NCBI GenBank assembly: GCA_965207885.1
Contig: OZ242311.1
Location: forward strand, 4,576,001 to 4,640,000
Direction: 5' to 3'
Source of the DNA: Candidatus Latescibacterota bacterium
GTDB taxonomy: Bacteria > Latescibacterota > UBA2968
Length of the DNA: 64,000 bases
The notes beneath the pieces were generated by a model that made no database searches, had not been told where the DNA came from, and was given only the letters and a program-made list of their open reading frames with translations. The position numbers were made by a program, and so were the translations under genes. The stretch's first letter is position 1, and every line of letters starts with the position of its first letter. Shown here piece by piece: positions 56,636 through 64,000 of the stretch.

Positions 56636-57439
56636 TCAACTTCCGGTGGAGCGATAATGACGCACACCGATTTTCCATATCTGGAGAGTAATAATGAGGA
56701 ATATGACGCAAATCAGGGGCGCGACCCACTGCAAGATGGCGGGCAATCCCATGGGGTCGCCGCGTTCGAGGATTGCCAGCGTTGGTAGGTAATTTACACA
56801 CGCAAGGGGTATGATGTAAGTAAAAAATTTGCGAAACCAGATGCGGTAGATAGGTAAAGGGTACTGTGCGGTCTCCACACCGCCGTAAGTCATGGTGTTC
56901 ATGAGTTCGAGAGATTCGGTAGTCCAAAACGCAATGGTGGCTTGTATGACCATGAGGCCGATAAAGAGACAAGCACCGCCAAATATGGCGGTGAAGACGA
57001 GATAGATTTTTGGTACAGACCATGCGATGTCGAGGGCGTAGCTTGCCCAGGAGAAGACAGCGATGCCCTGGAGCAGACGGCCAACGCGGCGGAGGGTGAG
57101 TTCATAGCCTGCGAGTTGCAGGGCGGTGCTGCGGGGGCGAAGCAAGAGGCGGTCGAAGTCGCCGCTTTTGACCATGGTGCCGAATATGTCAAAGCCGCGC
57201 GAGGCTGCGTCGGCAAAGGCGAAGGAGATGTTGATGAGGCCGTAGAGAAAGGCCACTTCGGGGAGGGCCCAGCCCTGGATGTGTTTGAATCGCGCGAAGA
57301 GGGAGGCAATGGCGAGAAATTCGACGCCGGTGGTGAGGAAATGTCCAAATGAGAGCATGATGAATGACGCGCGATATTGCATTTGGCTGCGGACAGATTG
57401 GCTGAGATAGTGGATGTAGAGGCGAAGCGCGTTGGCCAT
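56636..57439 (-). CDS. ABC-2 family permease (DUF990 type)
   Basis: QMQYRASF, GDFDRLLLRP, YPLPIY, YRSTGS. Confidence 0.88.
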   Translation of the reverse strand: MANALRLYIHYLSQSVRSQMQYRASFIMLSFGHFLTTGVEFLAIASLFARFKHIQGWALPEVAFLYGLINISFAFADAASRGFDIFGTMVKSGDFDRLLLRPRSTALQLAGYELTLRRVGRLLQGIAVFSWASYALDIAWSVPKIYLVFTAIFGGACLFIGLMVIQATIAFWTTESLELMNTMTYGGVETAQYPLPIYRIWFRKFFTYIIPLACVNYLPTLAILERGDPMGLPAILQWVAPLICVIFLIITLQIWKIGVRHYRSTGS

Positions 57440-57443
57440 CGCA

Positions 57444-58274
57444 TTATCCTCCTTGTGCGACGAGGCGGCGAATACCGCGGGTGAGGATGAGGTGCCCGGC
57501 AATGATCAGCGCAATCAGATAGGCGATTTGAAACGGCAGGTGATACCAGATTTGTTCTGGTGGGATGTGGCCCATGTAGAAGCGGAAGGGGATGTCCATG
57601 AGGTATCGAAATGGGAGGATGTTGATGGCTGCCTGTGCCCAGTCGGGAAAAAAGAGCAAGGGGATGATGATGCCGCTGAAGAGCCAGGTCAAACTACTCA
57701 GGAATACGCCCAGGCCCTCGCCAGATATGGTCCACAAGAGGGCAATGGTCAGGAGATTGGTGATGGCTGCACTGATGAGGACGGCAAAGAGCATCGATAC
57801 GAGCCAGGCACATGTGGCCGGGATATTGGGAGGCATTTGCAGGTTGAAGAAGAGACTGGCTGTGATGAACATGGGGAGAGCGCGGAAGACGCCGGGCGCG
57901 GTGCGTTGTGCTATGGCGCGACTGTACCAGAAGAAATACAGGTTGGTCGGGCGCACGAGTTCATAGACGACATTGCCCGAACGCACCATGGCGCGCACGT
58001 CGGGGTCGGCACCCTGGTAGGGAATGAGAACGAGAAATGCCTGGCCGAGCCATATATAGGTGATAACCTCATCAGCGGTCATGGGTTGTGGCGCGGTGGT
58101 TGATCTGTAGAAGGCTTCAAAGATCATGACGCGGATGAGGCCCCAGAAGAGTTGGGTGCCGAATCCCGCGAATGCCGCGGCGCGGTATTGCAAGAGGGTG
58201 CGAAATCTGGCGGAGAGTACGGCTATGTACGGTTTGATGGCCAGTGATGATGTGCGATTAGCGATTTTCGGCAT
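57444..58274 (-). CDS. ABC-2 family permease
   Basis: LQYRA, RSGNVVYELVRP, SGIIIPL, QGG. Confidence 0.88.
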   Translation of the reverse strand: MPKIANRTSSLAIKPYIAVLSARFRTLLQYRAAAFAGFGTQLFWGLIRVMIFEAFYRSTTAPQPMTADEVITYIWLGQAFLVLIPYQGADPDVRAMVRSGNVVYELVRPTNLYFFWYSRAIAQRTAPGVFRALPMFITASLFFNLQMPPNIPATCAWLVSMLFAVLISAAITNLLTIALLWTISGEGLGVFLSSLTWLFSGIIIPLLFFPDWAQAAINILPFRYLMDIPFRFYMGHIPPEQIWYHLPFQIAYLIALIIAGHLILTRGIRRLVAQGG

Positions 58275-59235
58275 AGAGACGCGAAATGATTTCTTCGATG
58301 GGGGTGTTTTCGACAAAGAGGTCGCGCACGGGGTGCTGCGCCGTGATGCGGGCGATCAAATCAGCCGTGGCAACGCGGTCGGGGTCAAATGTGAGATGTA
58401 CGCGGTGTCCGTCGCGCAATACGACAGATGCGTCGGGGTCGGTGATGTCTTCTGTGCCTTCGAGATCGACGATGAGGCGGCGCTCTGTGGTGACGCGAGC
58501 GCGAAGGTTTTCGAGCGGGCCATCGGATAGTATCTGGCCCTGTCCTATGACCATTACCCGCGTACAGAGGGCTTCGATGTCGTCCAGGTCGTGGGTGGTG
58601 AGGATGACGGTGACATCGCGCTCCTGGTTGAGGCGTTTGATGAAGTCGCGCACGGCGAGTTTGGAGACGACGTCGAGGCCAATTGTCGGTTCGTCTAAGA
58701 AGAGGATTGATGGATGGTGTATGAGAGCAGCGGCGAGGTCACAGCGCATGCGCTGGCCCAGGCTGAGCTGGCGCACGGGTATGTCGAGAAGAGATTCGAG
58801 GTCGAGAATGGCGATCATTTCGTCGCGGGTTTGCACGTATTGGTGATGATCGACGCGATAGATGTCTCGGAGCAGGTCAAAAGATTCGATGACGGGCAGG
58901 TCCCACCACAATTGCGTGCGTTGCCCAAAGACCACGCCGATTTGTGCGACGTGGGCGATGCGTTCTTTCCAGGGGATGCGACCGAGAATTTCACAGCGGC
59001 CAGAATCGGGTACGAGGATGCCGGATAATACTTTGACGGTGGTGGATTTGCCCGCGCCATTGGGACCGATATAACCGATGAGTTCGCCGGGTTCAATTGT
59101 GAAGGAGATACCGTCGAGGGCAGTTATCTGGCGGTAGTTGCGGTGCATGACGCCGCGTAGCGCACCCCACACACCGGGCTGGCGTTGGGCGATTTGGAAG
59201 GTTTTGACGAGGTTTTCGACAATGATGTGGGGCAT
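58258..59235 (-). CDS. ABC transporter ATP-binding protein
   Basis: GPNGAGKST, LSLGQ, LFLDEPT, TTH. Confidence 0.94.
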   Translation of the reverse strand: MPHIIVENLVKTFQIAQRQPGVWGALRGVMHRNYRQITALDGISFTIEPGELIGYIGPNGAGKSTTVKVLSGILVPDSGRCEILGRIPWKERIAHVAQIGVVFGQRTQLWWDLPVIESFDLLRDIYRVDHHQYVQTRDEMIAILDLESLLDIPVRQLSLGQRMRCDLAAALIHHPSILFLDEPTIGLDVVSKLAVRDFIKRLNQERDVTVILTTHDLDDIEALCTRVMVIGQGQILSDGPLENLRARVTTERRLIVDLEGTEDITDPDASVVLRDGHRVHLTFDPDRVATADLIARITAQHPVRDLFVENTPIEEIISRLYAENR

Positions 59236-59359
59236 GGCGCAATATGCAGGGTTATATTTCTCCGTGTTTATTAGACGGGTATCTCGGCGGGTGTGTTTTG
59301 ATTTGTGGGAATTTTTTTAACTAGACGAATCCCGCGAGCTATGGTTTTGCATGAAAATA

Positions 59360-59394
59360 GCGTGCCCGATTCGTACGTACAGAATCGGGCACGC
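59360..59394. terminator. Hairpin after nfuA
   Basis: 13-bp stem gcgtgcccgattc/gaatcgggcacgc. Confidence 0.65.
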
Positions 59395-59421
59395 GCTTTT
59401 GTAGAGATGGAATCCAGATAT

Positions 59422-60006
59422 TTACTGCGTGGTCTGGTAATACGGGTTGGTGCCTTCGGCGTGGTCTGTGATATCGCGGATGTTTGCAATTTCGGGAACG
59501 GCTTCTTTGATCATGACTTCCACGCCCTGTTTGAGGGTGACATCGACCATCCCACAGCCCTGGCATCCGCCGCCAAATTGGAGAAAGGCCGTGTCTTCTT
59601 TTACATCGACCAGTGATACGTGACCGCCGTGTGCAGCAATGCCCGGGTTGATTTTTTCGTCGATTACCATTTGGATTTTTTCGGCCACGCTGCCTTTGAG
59701 GTGTGGTGGAACTTTGTGCGGGTTGTCAATTTTGAAGCCGCGTCCCATCAGGCCATCGACAAAATCGAGCGTGATGTCCTGGGTATAAGGCACGCTGTTT
59801 TCGTCAATGTAAATGTCGAAGCCGTCGTATGGTATCGCGGTGTCGCGGTCGGTGTCCTGTCCTTCAGCCACAAAGGCGAGGCGGTAATTGGCCTGCAGGG
59901 GCGATGTTGCCTCGGCGGTGATGCGCACGCCTGTAATCACCTGTTCTTGCTCGTTTATCAAGCGGGTGATTTCTGTTTGTGCAACGTCTGTGACGGTGAT
60001 TTCCAT
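59422..60006 (-). CDS. nfuA: Fe-S carrier NfuA
   Basis: Degenerate A-type domain + INPGIAAHGG, GGGCQGC, TLKQG, DITDH..GTNPYY. Confidence 0.9.
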   Translation of the reverse strand: MEITVTDVAQTEITRLINEQEQVITGVRITAEATSPLQANYRLAFVAEGQDTDRDTAIPYDGFDIYIDENSVPYTQDITLDFVDGLMGRGFKIDNPHKVPPHLKGSVAEKIQMVIDEKINPGIAAHGGHVSLVDVKEDTAFLQFGGGCQGCGMVDVTLKQGVEVMIKEAVPEIANIRDITDHAEGTNPYYQTTQ

Positions 60007-60025
60007 GAAGTTTCTCCTATGTCAA

Positions 60026-60508
60026 TTACGGCATTGTGACTTGTAAGAGTTCGTCTGCTTTGTGCGCGAGATGATTTTCAAGCTGGTGCCCATCTCCCAT
60101 CAGGTCTTGCAATGTAATGCGGTCGAGCATCTGGTCAACCACAAATTGGATGGCATTCCAGAGGGAGCGAATTGAGCAATCGACAGCATGTGTGCAGCAG
60201 GCTTCATAGCCGGTGTGTTCATCGCAAAAGCCTTCGTTGAAGAACGGGTCGCCGAGGGCACCGAGTACATCGGAGATCAGGATTTCACTTGCGGGACGAG
60301 CCAATTTATACCCGCCGGCTTGACCGCGTACGCTTTCGACGAGGTCGCCCAGGCGCAAGAGGCGAACGAGCTTGCCGACATGGGCGGTGGATAATCCTTC
60401 GGCGCGGCTGATTTCGGGAATCGAAATGCTACCGCCGGTTTCAGATGCGCGCTGTGCTACCTGCATGAGACAGCGAAGGCCGTATTCTTCTTGTGTGCTC
60501 AATTTCAT
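60026..60508 (-). CDS. Rrf2 family transcriptional regulator (Fe-S binding)
   Basis: YGLR, VESVRGQAGGYKLARP, C-X8-CC-X5-C. Confidence 0.92.
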   Translation of the reverse strand: MKLSTQEEYGLRCLMQVAQRASETGGSISIPEISRAEGLSTAHVGKLVRLLRLGDLVESVRGQAGGYKLARPASEILISDVLGALGDPFFNEGFCDEHTGYEACCTHAVDCSIRSLWNAIQFVVDQMLDRITLQDLMGDGHQLENHLAHKADELLQVTMP

Positions 60509-60536
60509 AAAAGAACCTTTTCAGTGAGAGGCACTG

Positions 60537-60977
60537 TCAAAACATGCCCAATTCGAGTTTGGCCGCTTCTGACATGCGTTCTGGCGTCCAGGGAGGGTCG
60601 AATACGAGGTCGAGTTTGACATCGTAAACGCCTTCGGCAGATCGGGCTGCGGATTCGACCTGTCCGGGCAAAATACCCGCGGCGGGACAATTGGGGGCTG
60701 TGAGTGTCATTTGGACGTAGGTATTGCCGTCTTCTTCTACTTTGATTTCGTAGATGAGGCCCAGTTCGTAAATGTCAACGGGGATTTCTGGATCATATAC
60801 TGTTTTGAGTGCTTTTACGATTTTTTCTTTTACGGCTTCGGTGTCGATGGGGCCTTCTGGCGGGGATTTTTCGGGCGGTGATTCCGGGGCTTCAATATCG
60901 TGAACTTCTTCAGTATGGTCGGAATCATTGTTGGACGGTGCGTCTGTGTCTTTGCGGAAGATGTTCAGGAGGCTCAT
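60537..60977 (-). CDS. sufT: DUF59/SufT Fe-S assembly protein
   Basis: VYDPEIPVDIYELGL, MTLTAPNCP, PPWT. Confidence 0.9.
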   Translation of the reverse strand: MSLLNIFRKDTDAPSNNDSDHTEEVHDIEAPESPPEKSPPEGPIDTEAVKEKIVKALKTVYDPEIPVDIYELGLIYEIKVEEDGNTYVQMTLTAPNCPAAGILPGQVESAARSAEGVYDVKLDLVFDPPWTPERMSEAAKLELGMF

Positions 60978-60980
60978 GTG

Positions 60981-61433
60981 TTATCTCTCTGTGGTTATAG
61001 GCGTTTGGACATTGTCTATGGCTGCTCGGAGCGCGTGCCACGATAGGGTCGCGCATTTGATACGGGTGGGATAGTCGCGCACGCCGGCAAAAACGAATAG
61101 TTTGCCCATCTGGTCGAGGTCGAGATTGCTGGATGGGTCGGTGAGCATCGCATGAAAGTCTTTGAAATAGGTTTCTGTTTCGCCGAGGGTTTTGCCTTTG
61201 ATGGTTTCGGTCATTAAAGAAGCCGATGCTTTGGAAATGGCGCATCCCGAACCCTGAAAGCCAATGTCTTTTATGCGGTCGCCGTGGAGTTGGAGATAGA
61301 TCTGTACTTTATCGCCGCAAAGGGGATTGTAGCCTTTGGCAAAGCGGTCTGCTGGATCGAGTACGCGAAAATTTCTGGGGTTTTTGTTGTGATCCAGAAT
61401 GAGTTGCTGGTAGAGTTCGCGCAAATCTGACAT
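60981..61433 (-). CDS. sufU: SUF system NifU-family protein
   Basis: NPLCGD, GCAIS, RIKCATL. Confidence 0.93.
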   Translation of the reverse strand: MSDLRELYQQLILDHNKNPRNFRVLDPADRFAKGYNPLCGDKVQIYLQLHGDRIKDIGFQGSGCAISKASASLMTETIKGKTLGETETYFKDFHAMLTDPSSNLDLDQMGKLFVFAGVRDYPTRIKCATLSWHALRAAIDNVQTPITTER

Positions 61434-62713
61434 CAGCCAAAAATCTTTCGTACGCTGTGAAGGCCAGAGACCAGTGCGTCAATGTCTTCACGCGTGTTGT
61501 AAAATGCCAGGGAAGCACGCGTTGCTGCGGGTATGTCGTAGTGTTTCATAATGGGTTGCGCGCAGTGGTGCCCGGCGCGAACGGCGACGCCGGCCTGGTC
61601 GAGAATGGTGCCCACATCGTGGGGATGAATATCGGAGAGGGTAAATGAGAGCACACCTACTTTGCGCTCGGCTGTGCCGATCAGATTGAGGTCCGGCACG
61701 CCGCGCAGTGCGTCGTGTGCGTATTCCAGCAGATTGGCTTCGTATTTTGCCGCGCCATCAAAATCAATACTGTTGAGGTAATCAATGGCGGCTCCCAGGC
61801 CAATACTGCCCGCGATATTGGGCGTTCCCGCTTCAAATTTGTTGGGCAAGTTTCCGTACGTAATACTGTCGAAGTCAACGCTCTGGATCATGCTACCCCC
61901 ACCCTGGTAGGGCGGCATGGTATCGAGATATGTTTCGCAGCCGTACAGGACGCCAATACCCGTGGGTGCGAACATTTTGTGTCCCGAAAAGGTGTAGAAT
62001 TCACAACCGAGGGCGCGCACATCCACGCGCTGATGGGGCACGGCCTGTGCGCCGTCGATATGTACGGGCACGCCGTGGGCGTGTGCGATTTGCACGATTT
62101 CTTCCACGGGATTGACTGTGCCGAGCACATTGGAGATGTGTACGATGGAGACGAGTTTTGTGCGCGAAGAGAAAAGGGTTTGATACGTGTCCATGCAGAG
62201 TTCGCCCCGGTCGTTCATGGGGATGACGCGCAGTTTGGATCCCTTTTCCCGGCAGAGCATCCACCAGGGGACGATATTGGAATGGTGCTCCATTTCGGTG
62301 ATGATGATTTCGTCGCCCTCGCCGATTTGCTCGCGTCCAAAGGTTTGTGCAATGAGATTGATGCCTTCGGTGGTTCCGCGCACAAAGATGATTTCCCTGT
62401 CTGAGGCCGCATTGATAAAGGTCGCCACCTTTCTTCTGGCGGCTTCATAAGCATCGGTCGCTATTTGCGAGAGGTGGTGTACGCCTCTGTGTACATTGGC
62501 ATTCTGGTCGGTGTAATAATGCGAGAGGGCATCGATGACCGCGCGGGGTTTTTGCGCTGTGGCGCCATTGTCGAGGTACACGAGCGGTTGGCCCTGCACT
62601 TGTTGGCCCAGGATGGGGAAGTCCGCGCGAATGCGGCGCACGTCAAAAGGCTGTGCCGGGCGCACGGCTGGCTCGGGCGGTTGGAGTGTTAAGATGTCCA
62701 GAGGCGAATTCAT
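61433..62713 (-). CDS. sufS: Cysteine desulfurase
   Basis: YLDNGATAQKP, SGHK, RAGHHCAQP. Confidence 0.96.
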   Translation of the reverse strand: MNSPLDILTLQPPEPAVRPAQPFDVRRIRADFPILGQQVQGQPLVYLDNGATAQKPRAVIDALSHYYTDQNANVHRGVHHLSQIATDAYEAARRKVATFINAASDREIIFVRGTTEGINLIAQTFGREQIGEGDEIIITEMEHHSNIVPWWMLCREKGSKLRVIPMNDRGELCMDTYQTLFSSRTKLVSIVHISNVLGTVNPVEEIVQIAHAHGVPVHIDGAQAVPHQRVDVRALGCEFYTFSGHKMFAPTGIGVLYGCETYLDTMPPYQGGGSMIQSVDFDSITYGNLPNKFEAGTPNIAGSIGLGAAIDYLNSIDFDGAAKYEANLLEYAHDALRGVPDLNLIGTAERKVGVLSFTLSDIHPHDVGTILDQAGVAVRAGHHCAQPIMKHYDIPAATRASLAFYNTREDIDALVSGLHSVRKIFG

Positions 62714-64000
62714 GCGATGTCCCTTGCATCGATGTGTTCGAGGCGGGTGTCGATTAAGTCGCTCAGGTGCGACCGCACGGGGGCGAGGGTCACGCGCCCG
62801 ATAATGTCATCGGCAAAAGCGCGGAGCAAAATTTGCTTTGCCTCGGTTTTGGGAATGCCGCGCGCTTGCAGGTAAAAGAGCGCGTTTTCGTCAAGTTGCC
62901 CTATTGTTGCGCCATGCGAACACTTGACTTCATCGGCGTAGATTTCGAGTTGGGGTTTGGTGTTGACGCGCGCGTTGTCCGAAAGCAGAATATTTTCGTT
63001 TTGCTGGTAGGCATCGGTGTGTTGCGCTTTTTGATGGACGTGAATTTTTCCCCGAAAAATCGCACGAGAAGATCCTCCCAAAATCCCTTTGTAGAGTTCG
63101 TGGCTGGGGCAATGGGGTTCGGCGTGTTCAAGCAGGGTGTAGTTATCGACTTGTTGGGATCCTTCGAGGGCATAAAATCCATTGACGGTGGCTTCACTGC
63201 CTTCGCCGCGCAGGTACGCGCTTACGTCGTTGCGAACAAATGCTCCGCCGAGCGTAAAATCGTGAAAGGTCATCCTGCTGCTGCGTCCGAGTTGTGCCTG
63301 AAAATTGGCGACGTGCAAACCCGCTGTGCCCTGCAATTCGAGGCGGATACAATTTACGCTGGCATTGTCGCGGGCTATGATTTCTGTGACTGCATTGGTA
63401 AAATAGGTCTCTGTGCCCGTTCCCGCATAGGTTTCAACAAGCGAAAGCTGGCTGTTTTCATCCGCGATGATCAGGTTGCGCGGATGAGATATTGTGGGGA
63501 TTTCTGACGCTGTTGTGATAAAGAGGATATGCACGGGGGCTTCGACTGTGATATTGCGCTGAACATGGATGAATATGCCATCGCGCATGAATGCCGTGTT
63601 GAGAGCGGTGAAGGCCAAATCTGTGGTTTGTGCAAGTTTGCCCAGGTGCGCTTTGACGAGTGGATGGTCGTAAACGTCGGCGAGGTTGGCAATGGTTATG
63701 CCTTCTGGTACGTCAGATGTGTGTTCTGGCGCGTAATGCCCATTGACGAATACGAGGCGGATGCCTTGCAGGTCGGGATAGATGAAGGGTTCCAGTTCTG
63801 CATCTGCAAGAGTGGCAGGGGCTGCAGGCTCAAAGTTGGTTCTGATGAGCGCAGATGGATTCATACTTTTCCAGGCTTCATCCGCTGTGGTGGGATATCC
63901 CAGGCGGTCAAAGTCGGCGATTGCCTGTTGGCGCAATGCTCTCAGTGGCTGGCCATTTAGGCTGGATTCAAATTTTTGAATCCAGGATGTGTGATTAGAC
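62710..64000 (-). CDS. sufD: Fe-S assembly protein SufD (start codon just outside window)
   Basis: Frame open to window edge (SNHTSWIQKF...); PQLEIYADEVKCSHGATIG, FYLQARGI. Confidence 0.94.
   Translation of the reverse strand, partial: SNHTSWIQKFESSLNGQPLRALRQQAIADFDRLGYPTTADEAWKSMNPSALIRTNFEPAAPATLADAELEPFIYPDLQGIRLVFVNGHYAPEHTSDVPEGITIANLADVYDHPLVKAHLGKLAQTTDLAFTALNTAFMRDGIFIHVQRNITVEAPVHILFITTASEIPTISHPRNLIIADENSQLSLVETYAGTGTETYFTNAVTEIIARDNASVNCIRLELQGTAGLHVANFQAQLGRSSRMTFHDFTLGGAFVRNDVSAYLRGEGSEATVNGFYALEGSQQVDNYTLLEHAEPHCPSHELYKGILGGSSRAIFRGKIHVHQKAQHTDAYQQNENILLSDNARVNTKPQLEIYADEVKCSHGATIGQLDENALFYLQARGIPKTEAKQILLRAFADDIIGRVTLAPVRSHLSDLIDTRLEHIDARDIA

Overview
Bacterial chromosomal window, probably from an FCB-superphylum lineage (inferred from porX-tsaE synteny, long-form ispG and carboxypeptidase-reg-like TonB receptors). 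It has five parts. (1) 1-18.4 kb: a minus-strand iron-acquisition region with 3 TonB-dependent receptors, 3 PepSY-TM proteins, imelysin, a di-heme oxidoreductase, 2 porins and an FMN-binding protein. It is controlled by a ~100-bp promoter/double-operator module present in three copies. Short plus-strand antisense transcription units (promoter, hairpin, terminator) appear to lie in three of its leaders, and a divergent pair of structured RNA-like elements sits at 11.95-12.32 kb. (2) 18.5-38.8 kb: housekeeping genes (sucAB-lpdA, ABC-F with an attenuator leader, HU/IHF, tRNA-CAT, dnaG, ispG, cvpA, rpsU, HK-porX-tsaE). (3) 38.9-46.8 kb: catabolic enzymes with short-repeat elements. (4) 46.8-51.8 kb: an accessory/defence-like island (Fic, helical protein, HEPN-motif protein, TA remnants separated by a duplicated 51-bp gene-end fragment). 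(5) 52-64 kb: TolC-like protein, Ogg, CysE-like protein, ABC-2 exporter and the 3' part of a suf operon with nfuA and an Rrf2 regulator. All calls come from reading the sequence; no searches were run.
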